A stretch of DNA of 64,000 nucleotides from an uncultured delta proteobacterium (GCA_963736855.1 CAVTQK010000021.1:64001-128000), one strand, 5' to 3'. Positions 18,770 through 29,372 are shown, counted from the stretch's first letter. Notes: a model not told the origin generated them from the sequence alone. Made by a program: numbers and translations.

Positions 18770-21700
18770 ATGAGACCCAGTAACGAGATCGACACCCTGC
18801 GTCGGCAACTCCCCTACCACAAGCTGCGACAAGTCAAAAAGGAGCGGATCATCCCCATCGACTGGCAGACCGAATGGGAACGCTTCGACGCGGCAGAACT
18901 CTTTAATTACGACTTGAGCACCATTCCGGAGAAACTCCTGGAGAACATGCGCAAACGCCAGGATGTTTTGATGGACGGCAACCAGGCGGCCCTGTCAGTC
19001 CTGACCCGGGTAGTGGATGGGCTCTGCGGCTATCCTATCACCCCCTCCACCCCCATCGCCGAAAACTTCGCCCGGGTGGCGGCCAACGGCCAGAAGAACC
19101 TGTTCGACCATGAGCTCATGTATTTCCAGCCTTCCGACGAGCTCTCGGCCATTGCCGCGGTGGAGGCCATGGCCTGCCAGGGTGGGCGCTATGTGGACAA
19201 CACCTCTTCCCAGGGCCTGGTCCTCAAGACCAAGAATCTCTTCTCCGTAGCCGGCAAGCGCCTGCCGGTGATCATGACGGTGATGGCCCGGGAGGTCAAC
19301 AAGGGGTCGCTGTCCATCCACTGCGGCCACACCGATTTTTACGCGGTGCGCAACGCCGGCTGGGCTCAACTGGTCTCCGAAGACAACCAAGAGCTGCACG
19401 ACCTGCTGCCCATCGCCTTCAAGGTCTCTGAGCTGCGACAGGTGATGCTGCCCACCATGGTCATCGGAGACGGCTTCATCAAGAGCCACGCCATCGAAAA
19501 CCTCAAGGAACTCTCGAACGCCTTCCTGGAGTATTTTGTCGGGCCGCCCAGCCGCCTCTACCAGCCCAACTTCGAGCACGGCACTCTGACAGGCACCTTC
19601 ACCGACACCGACCTGACCATGGAGGGCCAAGTGGCCCAGGATCTGGCCTACCGCTTCTTCAGACGAGGCTTCGTCGTCGCCATGAACGCCATGAACAAGA
19701 CCCTGGGCACCAACCTCAAGGTGGTGGAGTGCTACCGCACCGAAGACGCCGATATGGTTGTGGTCATCCTGGGCTCCGCCGCCGGCGTGGTCAAGGACGT
19801 GGTGGACTATTACCGGGACGTCAAGGGCTACAAGATCGGGGTGGTGCGGCCGGTGCTCTTCAATCCGCCCTGCTATGAAGAGCTGGCCTACGGCATGCGC
19901 AAGGCCAAGGTGATCAGCGTCCTGGAACGTGCCGGCACGGCCCACAACCAGTTGCTGCTGGCGGACGTACAGGCGTCTCTGCAGATCTCCCTGCGGGCCG
20001 GCCGGGAAGGTAAAAAGGAGCACCGGATTTACGGCCGCACCGACATGCCCACCCTGTTCCACGGGGTCTACGGCCTGGGAAGCAAGGACTTCAACAAGTA
20101 CGACGCCGCCGCGGTGGTGGAGAACATGTTGTCCTTTTATGAGAAGAAGCGTCGCTTCTTCCGGGATTTTTACGTGGGTATCGAAGGGCCCTTGACCCTC
20201 CGGCCTGCGCCCTTGTCGGGCTACCTGGAGCGGGAAATGGGTATGACCTTCATAGGAGTGGGCGCTGAAGGCGTCAAGACCGCCCTGGAAACCGCCGCCC
20301 TGGTCTATGCTCAGGACAGCGGCACCGGCCGCAAATACATCCAGTCCGGGGCCCGCTACGGCGCCGCCCGCAAGGGTGCCCCTGTCTTCATGAACCTTAG
20401 GATCTCATCCCAGCCCATCCGCAACAGCTCGGAACTCACCGAACGGGACGTGCTGGCCTTTTTCAACGAGAAATTTCTAAGCGACCAGATCTTGAGGGAA
20501 TATGTAGGAGGCCTGAAGGAAAATAGCCTTCTGGTGATCAATACTGACAAGAGCTATCACGATATCATGGCCACTTTCCCGGCCCAGGTACAGGCCTTGA
20601 TCAAGTACCGGCGCATCAAGCTCATGACTCTGGAGGGCACCCAGGCGGCCATGAAACACCTGAACAAGAACCTCCCCGGGGCCGCGATCCTGGGCCTGAT
20701 CAACAAGGAGACCGGCATCCTCTCGGAGCGGGAGTTTGAGCAACGGTTCAAGAAGATTCTGGAGAAGAAGCTGGGTACCAAGAAGAAGGAGATGCTGGAG
20801 GCCAACGTCTCCCTGCTGAAATACGGCGTGGATCAATCATCCGGTCATGTGGCTGAAAAGGCCCCCGGGGCCCTGGCCCTGGATGCAGCCACCCCGGTTT
20901 ACACCCCGCCGCTGCCGGAGAACTTCGGCCAGGGTCCCAGGACCGCGGGGCTGCCGGTGCTCCTGACGGAAAAGGATCAGATGGGCACCATCAAGCCGGT
21001 GAATCTGATCCCCCAGTACCAGGAAGTTTTCTACGAAGAAATGGTCAAACCCATCCTGGAAGGCAGGAGAGTTCCCTGGGACCGCTTCCTGCCCATTGTC
21101 CCGGCAGGCACCAGCCGCTACCGGGACATGAGCTATATCGGCGCCCAGTTGCCGGTCTATGATGCCTCCAAGTGCATCGCCTGCGGCCTCTGCACCGCCT
21201 CCTGCCCTGATTCGGCCCTGATCTCCACCATCACCGACCGACCGGTGGACAGTGCGGCGCGTTACTTTAAAAAATTTAAAAAACCGCCCAAGGGTATTCC
21301 CTGGGAGCGCTTTGCCCTAAACCTTAACGCCGATCCCAGCGCCTGCAAGGGCTGCGGCGTCTGCGCCCAGGTCTGCCCCACCGACGCCCTGAAGATGATG
21401 CCCAAGAATGAATTAAAAGACGAGGATTTCCTGCCGGAAGAATGCCGGGCCTGGGACAATACCGTTGGTGCCGCCCCTTACGTGGGGCAGATGTCCCTCA
21501 ACCACCAGGTACTCTTTGTCTTTTCCAAGCTCTACCCCGGCAAACACACCCTGTGTCCGGGCTGTAGCGAGGGGGTCATCAACCTGCTGACCTTCTTCGC
21601 CGCCGAGTCCCTGCGCAACAACCCCCAGGGGATCGCCACCTTCTACCAGGGCATCAAGATCCTCTCGGACCGGAACAAGCGGGCCATCGAGCACATGCTG

Positions 21701-22645
21701 GACCACGGCTTCAACATTTATACCATCAACGCCACGGGCTGCGACCAGGTCTCGGAACTGGTCAACCCCTTCAACACCCGGATTTACCCGGCAGGCCACT
21801 ATGGCTTCGGAACCGCCTCGGCCGCGGCCCTGGGGGCCAAGTTCAACCTGGACCAGGCCCATCAGAACTCCTACAATAGCGTGCTCACCAAGATCATCGT
21901 CTTCGCCGGTGACGGGGCTATATACGACATCGGCAACGGCCCATTCAATCACGCCCTGGGGGAAAACTACGACATCACCTGGGTGATCCTTAACAATGAA
22001 GGTTACATGAACACCGGTATGCAGAAGTCCGGGGCCACCCGCTTCGGCTGCGACCGGTCCACCTCACCCATCGGCAAGAAATACGCCGGCAAAACTACTC
22101 TGCACCGGAGAATCATCAGCCAGGCCATGGCTATCTCGCACGTCTACGCTACCAAGCTGTCCATTGACAACCCTTTCTACGCCATCAAGATTCTCAAGGA
22201 GGCCATCGCCTATAACGGCCCGTCCCTAGTGGAGTTCTTCTCTACCTGCCCCACGGGGCACATCACCCATGACTGGGCCGGGCCGCTCATCTCCCGGATG
22301 ATGGTGGAGTCGCGGAAATGGCAGGTGGCGGTGCGGAGACCCTTCCAGCGCATCGACATTTCAGCCAACCCGTCCCCGGATGAAATTTATCCCAAGGAGG
22401 GCAAGTCCTTTAAACGGGGAGTCAAGCGGGACGCCGCCACCTTCTACGACGTGGTCAGCATGTTGGGCCAGTACAACCCGCACATCAAGGCGGTGAAGAG
22501 CGGGGACATCCCGGAGATCGTCCGGATCAATGAAACCGTCAGCCTCTTCCGCTGGCTGCGGAACCAGTACATGGCCGGATACCGGGACACCATGCCCACC
22601 GAGGAAGAGGTGGAACGCATCGTGGAAGAGCGGTATAAGCTGTAA
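18770..22645 (+). CDS. Single-chain 2-oxoacid:ferredoxin oxidoreductase (PFOR-like fusion, alpha-gamma-delta-beta)
   Basis: DGNQAA, YPITPS, SSQGL, YGLG, two CxxCxxCxxxCP, CPGC, NATGC, TPP motif GDG...NNEGYMNTG. Confidence 0.88.
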   Translation: MRPSNEIDTLRRQLPYHKLRQVKKERIIPIDWQTEWERFDAAELFNYDLSTIPEKLLENMRKRQDVLMDGNQAALSVLTRVVDGLCGYPITPSTPIAENFARVAANGQKNLFDHELMYFQPSDELSAIAAVEAMACQGGRYVDNTSSQGLVLKTKNLFSVAGKRLPVIMTVMAREVNKGSLSIHCGHTDFYAVRNAGWAQLVSEDNQELHDLLPIAFKVSELRQVMLPTMVIGDGFIKSHAIENLKELSNAFLEYFVGPPSRLYQPNFEHGTLTGTFTDTDLTMEGQVAQDLAYRFFRRGFVVAMNAMNKTLGTNLKVVECYRTEDADMVVVILGSAAGVVKDVVDYYRDVKGYKIGVVRPVLFNPPCYEELAYGMRKAKVISVLERAGTAHNQLLLADVQASLQISLRAGREGKKEHRIYGRTDMPTLFHGVYGLGSKDFNKYDAAAVVENMLSFYEKKRRFFRDFYVGIEGPLTLRPAPLSGYLEREMGMTFIGVGAEGVKTALETAALVYAQDSGTGRKYIQSGARYGAARKGAPVFMNLRISSQPIRNSSELTERDVLAFFNEKFLSDQILREYVGGLKENSLLVINTDKSYHDIMATFPAQVQALIKYRRIKLMTLEGTQAAMKHLNKNLPGAAILGLINKETGILSEREFEQRFKKILEKKLGTKKKEMLEANVSLLKYGVDQSSGHVAEKAPGALALDAATPVYTPPLPENFGQGPRTAGLPVLLTEKDQMGTIKPVNLIPQYQEVFYEEMVKPILEGRRVPWDRFLPIVPAGTSRYRDMSYIGAQLPVYDASKCIACGLCTASCPDSALISTITDRPVDSAARYFKKFKKPPKGIPWERFALNLNADPSACKGCGVCAQVCPTDALKMMPKNELKDEDFLPEECRAWDNTVGAAPYVGQMSLNHQVLFVFSKLYPGKHTLCPGCSEGVINLLTFFAAESLRNNPQGIATFYQGIKILSDRNKRAIEHMLDHGFNIYTINATGCDQVSELVNPFNTRIYPAGHYGFGTASAAALGAKFNLDQAHQNSYNSVLTKIIVFAGDGAIYDIGNGPFNHALGENYDITWVILNNEGYMNTGMQKSGATRFGCDRSTSPIGKKYAGKTTLHRRIISQAMAISHVYATKLSIDNPFYAIKILKEAIAYNGPSLVEFFSTCPTGHITHDWAGPLISRMMVESRKWQVAVRRPFQRIDISANPSPDEIYPKEGKSFKRGVKRDAATFYDVVSMLGQYNPHIKAVKSGDIPEIVRINETVSLFRWLRNQYMAGYRDTMPTEEEVERIVEERYKL

Positions 22646-22690
22646 GTTTTGAAACCGCCGAATTTCAGGTCGGTCAGTTCCTACGAGAAT

Positions 22691-23689
22691 TCAGGATTCA
22701 AGAGACGCTCGACAGTGAGTGGATCGCAAGAAATCGATTACATGTTTTAGAATCGTATCGAGATCCGTTTTCGGCTCGAACCCTACGGAACGTTTGATTT
22801 TTTCGATTCCCGGGACCCGGCGCTGCATGTCCTCGAAGTCTTTTTCAAAGGCGTCTTCATAGGGGATCAAAGTGATGGGGGAGAGTGATCCGGTGGCCTG
22901 AATGATTCTTTTTGCAAGGTCCAGGATGGTGATCTCCTCCGTACCCCCAATGTTGAACACTTCTCCCAGTGCAGCCTCACTGTCCATCAGGGCCATCAAG
23001 GCCTGGACAACGTCCTTGACATACGTAAACGTCCGGGACTGCTTTCCGTCCCCATAAACCGTCAAGGGCTCATTTTTAAGAGCCTGGGAGACGAATCTGG
23101 GGATAACCATTCCATAGGCTCCGGTCTGCCTGGGGCCCACCGTGTTAAATAACCGGGCGATGATTACGGGCAACCTGTTGGTTCGATAGTAGGCCAGGGC
23201 GGTGAATTCGTCCATAAGTTTTGTGGCGGCGTAGCTCCATCGGAATTTGCTGCTCGGCCCGTAGATGATATTGTCCGATTCCACCAAGGGGGCGTGCAAA
23301 TGTTTCCCGTAGACCTCCGACGAAGATGCGATGAGGACTTTTTTCTTAAACTTGGAACAGATATCCAAGACCATTTCCGTGCCCTGGATATTGGTCCGGA
23401 TCGATTCAAGGGGGTGCTCGAGGATATATCGTACCCCCACGGCGGCTGCCAGATGAAAGACGACATCACAAGTTCCGGTCAGTTCCAGAAGGGCGTCCCG
23501 ATTCAGGATAGACTCGATACATACGAAGAAACGACCCTGGTAGTGGGAATTCTTTTCGAATTCTCGGATATTATCAAGGGAGCCGGTGGACAGGTCATCG
23601 ATGATATAGACGTCATCCCCCCTTTCCAGGCAGGCTTCCGCAAGATGAGAACCAATAAAACCGGCACCTCCGGTGATCAAGATACGCAT
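22691..23689 (-). CDS. NAD-dependent nucleotide-sugar epimerase/dehydratase
   Basis: ITGGAGFIGSH, SSSEVYG, YAATK, RLFNTVGPRQ. Confidence 0.92.
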   Translation of the reverse strand: MRILITGGAGFIGSHLAEACLERGDDVYIIDDLSTGSLDNIREFEKNSHYQGRFFVCIESILNRDALLELTGTCDVVFHLAAAVGVRYILEHPLESIRTNIQGTEMVLDICSKFKKKVLIASSSEVYGKHLHAPLVESDNIIYGPSSKFRWSYAATKLMDEFTALAYYRTNRLPVIIARLFNTVGPRQTGAYGMVIPRFVSQALKNEPLTVYGDGKQSRTFTYVKDVVQALMALMDSEAALGEVFNIGGTEEITILDLAKRIIQATGSLSPITLIPYEDAFEKDFEDMQRRVPGIEKIKRSVGFEPKTDLDTILKHVIDFLRSTHCRASLES

Positions 23690-23789
23690 GGAAAAATCCT
23701 TTATGATGCAGTTTGACCCAATTCTTTCGGATGCCGTTTCATAACGCAATCCGAAAGCTTAGGCAACCTCAAACTCCTGGGATAGTTGA

Positions 23790-24049
23790 CCCTGTTGTTG
23801 CAAAAGCCGAGGATGTCCCAGATCCAAGGCGTCCAAGGGCGAAGCCGTAGTATTTTACTGCGAGCCCTTGGCAACGAAGGAGATGGGGCATCTTCGGCTT
23901 TCCCTCCGGGTAAAAAACATGACAAATTTCTTCTTCGTTTTAGAAGTCACTAAAAGTCTATTCGCGAACCATGCCTAAACGTATTCAAATGCCCTGTTAT
24001 CATTCTTTTTTTCTACACCTTGTCATGTTTTTTTAATGCAACTGCAGGG
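23790..24049. mobile_element. MITE copy 1 (260 bp)
   Basis: TIRs CCCTGTTGTTGCA / TGCAACTGCAGGG; 4-bp direct repeat TTGA on both sides; near-identical copy at 35820-36077. Confidence 0.85.
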
Positions 24050-24257
24050 TTGACACGAAACCGGATTCCCCTTATTGTTCTTTCCAAGGCAAGGGGACGC
24101 GGCCAATATGGGGTCATATCGGCTGTTAAGAAAAGCATTTCGCTTAACCCCCCGAACCGTTGAGCCCTTGAACTACCTATTTTTAAATCCGTCACTCTCT
24201 GAAAGATGGGCACTTCTGGTCATAAGAGCATGCCATTTGGAAGAAAGGAATAAAAAC

Positions 24258-24464
24258 ATGAGCGAAAAGGTAACCTATATGTGTAAATCTTGTGGGGGAA
24301 AAAAAGAAGTCGACACCGCATCCGAAGGCGGTCCCGAATGCTGCAACACCCCCATGGAAAAAATGCCCCCTATGAATAGCTGTACGGTCTCAAGCACTGC
24401 CGAACACTCTCGGTTCGACGAAACGGATGAACCGTGCGACGATGGCCGGTCCGGCAAGATCTGA
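24258..24464 (+). CDS. Small Cys-rich hypothetical protein
   Basis: RBS AAGGA; CKSCG, ECC, C-terminal EPCDDGRSG; lies upstream of iorA. Confidence 0.6.
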   Translation: MSEKVTYMCKSCGGKKEVDTASEGGPECCNTPMEKMPPMNSCTVSSTAEHSRFDETDEPCDDGRSGKI

Positions 24465-24530
24465 CCCGCCACAGCATGAAGGGGAATCCATTCGCCGTTG
24501 CGGTTCAAACAACACATTGAGGGAAATGAT

Positions 24531-26411
24531 ATGAAACGGCTGGGAGAACAGCTATTATCCGAGGAACCGTTTTCTGCGATTATGATGGGAAACCATGCAC
24601 TGGTGCGTGCTATGGTCGAAGCCGGAACCCGTGTGGTGGCATCGTATCCCGGTTCACCGACACCGGAGATCGCCGAGGCTATTACGGCCATTGCTGCGGA
24701 AAAGCGCCCTTTTTACTTTGAATTTTCCACCAACGAAAAAGTCGCCACCGAAATCGCTTACGGCGCTGCGGTTAACGGTCATCTGTCTACTACTTTTTTT
24801 AAGAGTGTGGGGCTCAACGTGGCCTCAGATACCTTTGTTCAACTGCCCCTCATGAACATTATCGGCGGCATGGTCCTGATATTGGGGGATGACCCAGGCG
24901 CTAATTCCTCCCAAAACGAGCAGGACAACCGGCATTATGCCCGGATGAGCTACACACCCGTGTTAGAACCCGCTTCTCCGGCGGAAGCCTATCGGTTTTA
25001 TAAAGAAGCCGCTGCACTTGCCATAAAGCACCATATGCCGGTTATCCTTCGGCTGACCACCCATGTGTGCCACGCCAAGGAACGGATTTCCTTCGAAGCC
25101 TGGAAGCCGATGCCTTGGGACCACACACCGCGATTCGATAAAAAAAACGGCCCCTATATTCCCCTTACCGCCGAAGTATTTCCTATGAAACGCAGAGCCC
25201 TCGAACGGTTGGATGCCGTGGAGGCGGAGGGCAACAACTCCCCGCTGAACACGCTGATCGACAACGGAGACAAGAGTCGGGGGATCCTCACCGCGGGACT
25301 CCCTTTTTTGTCCGTGATGGAGGTCACCAAACACCTGACTCAAAAACCGGATATCCTGAAACTGGGTACCGTCCATCCGCTTCCTCGAAAGCGGATCCTG
25401 GACTTTTTAAAAGATCATCAGGAAGTCAAAGTGGTGGAAGAGTTGGATGACATCATCGAAAAAGAGATCAAGAGCTTGGCATTCGACCAAAGGGTTCAGA
25501 CAAGGATCATCGGAAAGACAGACCGGGAGGAGTGGATCGGGGAATACACGGCGGATAAGGTATTTTCCGTGTTGAAAAAAACCTGGCCCGATCTTTTCCT
25601 CGACACTGAAAAAGAATTCAGAAAAGAAGTCCATATTCCATCACGGCCACCCCAAATGTGTCCCGGATGCGGCCATCGCAGCGCCTTTTTTGCCATCAAG
25701 AAGGCGCTGCAGAAGACCGATATCACCGTGGCCGATATCGGCTGTCACACTCTTGGCTTTCTCCCACCATATGAGGTCGGTGAGCTGTTGATGTGCATGG
25801 GTGCTTCAACGGCCATCGGCTCCGGTATGGCGCTTTTCAACGGCACCCGAAAGGTTGTCGTGTTTTTGGGCGATTCGACCTTTTTCCATGCCGGCCTTCC
25901 GGGGATCATCAATGCTGTCTTCAACCGACACAACATCACCTTGATCATCATGGAAAACGGGACCACCGCCATGACCGGCCACCAGGATCATCCCGGCGTG
26001 GGAAGAAATGTCAATCAGCCCACGGATCGCATTCCGGTGCGAAGCCTCCTGGAAGGGATCGGGGTGAAACACATCTTCGAAGCGGACACCTATCTGCAGG
26101 ATAAACTCACCGACCTGGTAAAGCAGGCCCTGGCCATCGACGGATTGAGCGTAGTCATCGCCCGGCATCCCTGCATGCTTAAATTTAACCGGGAACAGAG
26201 AAAAAAGCCGGGATATCAAACCCGACGGGTTGATATCGATAAAAATATCTGTCGAAGGATTTATGATTGCGTCGCGGTATTCGGGTGTCCCACCTTCACC
26301 AGGATGAAAGACGGGAGTGTTGAAGTCAACCCGGATCTTTGCATTGGGGACGGGTCTTGCGTTCAGACCTGCCCGGCCAAGGCGATTTCGCCCGTAAAGG
26401 AGAGAGCTTGA
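24531..26411 (+). CDS. iorA: Indolepyruvate:ferredoxin oxidoreductase alpha subunit
   Basis: YPGSPTPE, NEKVA, GLNVASD, SSQNEQD, RPPQMCPGCGHR, GDSTFFH, TAMTGHQ, C-terminal ferredoxin. Confidence 0.92.
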   Translation: MKRLGEQLLSEEPFSAIMMGNHALVRAMVEAGTRVVASYPGSPTPEIAEAITAIAAEKRPFYFEFSTNEKVATEIAYGAAVNGHLSTTFFKSVGLNVASDTFVQLPLMNIIGGMVLILGDDPGANSSQNEQDNRHYARMSYTPVLEPASPAEAYRFYKEAAALAIKHHMPVILRLTTHVCHAKERISFEAWKPMPWDHTPRFDKKNGPYIPLTAEVFPMKRRALERLDAVEAEGNNSPLNTLIDNGDKSRGILTAGLPFLSVMEVTKHLTQKPDILKLGTVHPLPRKRILDFLKDHQEVKVVEELDDIIEKEIKSLAFDQRVQTRIIGKTDREEWIGEYTADKVFSVLKKTWPDLFLDTEKEFRKEVHIPSRPPQMCPGCGHRSAFFAIKKALQKTDITVADIGCHTLGFLPPYEVGELLMCMGASTAIGSGMALFNGTRKVVVFLGDSTFFHAGLPGIINAVFNRHNITLIIMENGTTAMTGHQDHPGVGRNVNQPTDRIPVRSLLEGIGVKHIFEADTYLQDKLTDLVKQALAIDGLSVVIARHPCMLKFNREQRKKPGYQTRRVDIDKNICRRIYDCVAVFGCPTFTRMKDGSVEVNPDLCIGDGSCVQTCPAKAISPVKERA

Positions 26412-26412
26412 T

Positions 26413-27009
26413 ATGGACGAATTCAACGTCTATCTGACTGGTGTCGGTGGTCAGGGAATCGGGTTGCTCAGTGAGATATTAATCCGGGCGGCGGACCGCG
26501 CGGGATTTCATGTCATCAGCGTGGATACCCACGGGCTGGCCCAGCGAGGCGGCGTTGTCATCTCCCAGTTGCGAATGGGCGATAGCGTTTTTTCTCCGTT
26601 GATTCCCGCCGGATGTGCGGATCTGGTTGTGGCCTTGGAACGGCATGAAGCGCTCAGGGGTATACAAGCCGTTCTTAAAGACCGGGGAGCCTTGGTTTAT
26701 TATGATGCCGTTTGGCAACCTCTCGATGTGAGACTGAAGAAAGCATCGGAAGTCGGAAAAGAGACCATCGCCGAGCTGTGCCGAAGCCGGGGGATTCGAG
26801 AAATACGGGTCGATTGGCCGAACCTGCCGGATGCCCGGATGCAAAACATCGTCATTCTGGGAGCCCTGGACGCATATCGATTGATACCGGGTATCGATAC
26901 CGACAGTTATGAAGGCGCCATGCAGGATCTGATGACCGGAAAAATGCTGGAGGGAAATCTTAGTATTTTCAGGGACGTTTCGGCGCGACTGAAGGATAAG
27001 CAGACATGA
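26413..27009 (+). CDS. iorB: Indolepyruvate:ferredoxin oxidoreductase beta subunit
   Basis: GVGGQG, HGLAQRGG; adjacent to iorA. Confidence 0.9.
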   Translation: MDEFNVYLTGVGGQGIGLLSEILIRAADRAGFHVISVDTHGLAQRGGVVISQLRMGDSVFSPLIPAGCADLVVALERHEALRGIQAVLKDRGALVYYDAVWQPLDVRLKKASEVGKETIAELCRSRGIREIRVDWPNLPDARMQNIVILGALDAYRLIPGIDTDSYEGAMQDLMTGKMLEGNLSIFRDVSARLKDKQT

Positions 27010-27061
27010 CATGGCTTGTTTTGGAAAATTCCAAAATATCCCCAGCTTCTGTTCCCGCCGC

Positions 27062-27310
27062 TCAGAAATCTTTTAGAAAAAATTGGTGATATTCCGGTTC
27101 GCTCAAATGAATTTTTAAAAGATCCGACAGTTTGGAGAACAGGTCATTCAATTCGGTGTCGGCCATTCGTGGAAGAATGACGCGCAAAAGGTTGTCGTCT
27201 GAAAACGCCTGGAGATAATAAGCAAGGGCGTGTTCGTCGGTTTTTCGGTCCAGGCCGAAACCCACAAGACCCTCATAGCTTTCGGCAAATTCATGTGATC
27301 GTCGGGACAT
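27062..27310 (-). CDS. Small hypothetical cytoplasmic protein
   Basis: 82-aa ORF with plausible composition, RBS AAGGA, ending HLSEPEYHQFFLKD. Confidence 0.65.
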   Translation of the reverse strand: MSRRSHEFAESYEGLVGFGLDRKTDEHALAYYLQAFSDDNLLRVILPRMADTELNDLFSKLSDLLKIHLSEPEYHQFFLKDF

Positions 27311-27443
27311 TTTTCAATCCTTTAACAGGGAGTTGGACCCATTCAAATATATAGGTCTTGATATGAAACCGATTATCGACTATAAAATTTAAAAATAGGT
27401 TTGATGACCCCCACTTAAATAGCAAGATAATGGAGGATAAGCA

Positions 27444-28085
27444 ATGCCTTGGGATGAAGATGAACGGATGAGCCAGATTCGAATCGAACCTGAAAAGGGG
27501 GAGATTCAAAAGGAAAGCGACCCGCTCTTTTTTCGGAAAGAAAAAAACCGGCCCAAGTGGTTCAAGCTTCCTGAGGAGATGCCCGGCGGCTTGATCGCCT
27601 TGGTGGTCCTCGCCCTGGTGGTTTTGTTCATCTTGTTCATCCCCAACTCCAAAAAAGCCGAAACGGAAAAAAAGATTGCCTCCCTCGAAGAAAAAGTATC
27701 CCGCCTCACGGAACGCGTCGGCCATGTCGAAGAGATGGGAAAGGGTGTCATCTCTCAAGAAACTCCGGATAATGCCAACGTGCAAATGAAGAGCCGTCTG
27801 GATCGGGTGGAAGCCTCCCTTTCGATGGTTACCAAACAGATGGAAGAAAGACTGACATCGCTGAAAACCCCGGCCAAAAAAGAGGAGCCTTCAAAAGGGG
27901 CCACAGATAAAAAAACCGTTCAACCCCCGCAGGGGGAAACTACCTTTCATATCGTCCAGCCTGGTGATACCTTGTTCAGCATCAGCCGGAAGTATGCAAT
28001 GAATCCCGATGAACTGAAGCAGCTCAACAAACTGTCCGAGGGGCGGATTTACCCCGGGCAAAAGCTTCAGGTTCGAGGTAAATAA
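27444..28085 (+). CDS. LysM peptidoglycan-binding membrane protein
   Basis: One TM helix, coiled coil, C-terminal HIVQPGDTLFSISRKY...IYPGQKL. Confidence 0.88.
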   Translation: MPWDEDERMSQIRIEPEKGEIQKESDPLFFRKEKNRPKWFKLPEEMPGGLIALVVLALVVLFILFIPNSKKAETEKKIASLEEKVSRLTERVGHVEEMGKGVISQETPDNANVQMKSRLDRVEASLSMVTKQMEERLTSLKTPAKKEEPSKGATDKKTVQPPQGETTFHIVQPGDTLFSISRKYAMNPDELKQLNKLSEGRIYPGQKLQVRGK

Positions 28086-28112
28086 TCCCTTTTCGCCCCC
28101 TGGAGTAACCCC

Positions 28113-29321
28113 TTGGATACGCCATGGCGCATGAAAAACCGCATCATGAACTATTCCTGGGGGTCCCATACCGCCATTGCGCGTCTCTTGGGGGCACCTG
28201 AGCCTTCCCCTGAACCCCAGGCAGAGCTTTGGATGGGCGCCCATCCAAAGGCGCCGTCTATGGTCCAGGTGCAAGATGTGCAGGTTTCCCTGGCCGATTT
28301 GATTGTCGAGAACCCGGAATCTATTCTCGGCACTGATGTGGCAAGGGATTTTAACAACCGGTTGCCCTTTCTTTTTAAGGTGCTGGCCGCTGAAAAACCT
28401 CTCTCCATCCAGGCGCACCCAAACTCTCAGAAGGCGAAAGAAGGATTTGAAAGAGAGAACAAGAGGGGAATCCCTCTTGGTTCATCCCGCCGAAGCTTTC
28501 AAGACGACAATCCCAAACCGGAGCTCTTGTGCGCCTTAAGCCCTTTCTGGGTCCTTTGCGGTTTCCGGAGAATCACGGATATTTTAAAACTCGGGAATCG
28601 ATTGGTTTCTCGCGGTCTGAAAAATGAACTCCGGGATCTCCAAAGGCAGCCGGATCCATCGGGCTTGAAGGCCTTCTTCAAGGCCATCATGGTGTTGGGA
28701 GACTCCCTTCGAAAAAATGTTATTGACGAAGCCCTTGCATTGGCAGCGCCCGAAATTGATTCGGATCCTGTCGCCAAATGGATTACGGCCCTTGCACGGG
28801 AATTCCCGTTTGATATCGGAGTGCTTTCCCCCATTTTTTTAAACCTACTGCGACTGAATCCCGGTGAGGGGATTTTTCTTTCCGAAGGGATCCTCCATGC
28901 GTACCTCGAAGGCGACGGTGTCGAACTGATGGCCAATTCCGATAATGTGTTCCGAGGCGGGCTGACCCGGAAATACGTGGATCTGAATGGGCTCATGGAT
29001 ATCCTTAAATTTGATGAATATGCGGCAACCATTATCAGACCCATACCGACCGGATTATGCGAAATGCGGTTTGATACACCTACAGAAGCCTTTTCCCTTT
29101 CCAAAATCACCGTCTCACCGGAAAGGGAATTCTTGAGCCAAGATCGAAAAAGCATCGAAATTCTCCTTTGCGTCGAAGGTTCAGGGGCAATCACGACAAA
29201 GACAGAAACAAGACGCATGTCGTTTCGGCAGGGCGATTCTTTCCTGATTCCGGCAAACTTTTCAGGGTATCGCATTAAGGGGGATGCGACCCTGTACAAG
29301 GCCTTTGTACCTGAACGATAA
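28113..29321 (+). CDS. manA: Mannose-6-phosphate isomerase, class I
   Basis: YSWGS, AELWMGAHP, LPFLFKVL, LSIQAHP, KPEL, HAYLEG, MANSDNV. Confidence 0.95.
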   Translation: MDTPWRMKNRIMNYSWGSHTAIARLLGAPEPSPEPQAELWMGAHPKAPSMVQVQDVQVSLADLIVENPESILGTDVARDFNNRLPFLFKVLAAEKPLSIQAHPNSQKAKEGFERENKRGIPLGSSRRSFQDDNPKPELLCALSPFWVLCGFRRITDILKLGNRLVSRGLKNELRDLQRQPDPSGLKAFFKAIMVLGDSLRKNVIDEALALAAPEIDSDPVAKWITALAREFPFDIGVLSPIFLNLLRLNPGEGIFLSEGILHAYLEGDGVELMANSDNVFRGGLTRKYVDLNGLMDILKFDEYAATIIRPIPTGLCEMRFDTPTEAFSLSKITVSPEREFLSQDRKSIEILLCVEGSGAITTKTETRRMSFRQGDSFLIPANFSGYRIKGDATLYKAFVPER

Positions 29322-29372
29322 GCCCAAACAGCCCTTCAAAGTTGGTAGGTACCGAATGCAAAAAGAGATATC

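Noticed and set aside
18995..20062. Long antisense ORFs (e.g. 355 aa here; also 86-865 and 62455-63249)
   Set aside because: Shadow frames of GC-rich genes on the opposite strand, with no recognisable motifs.
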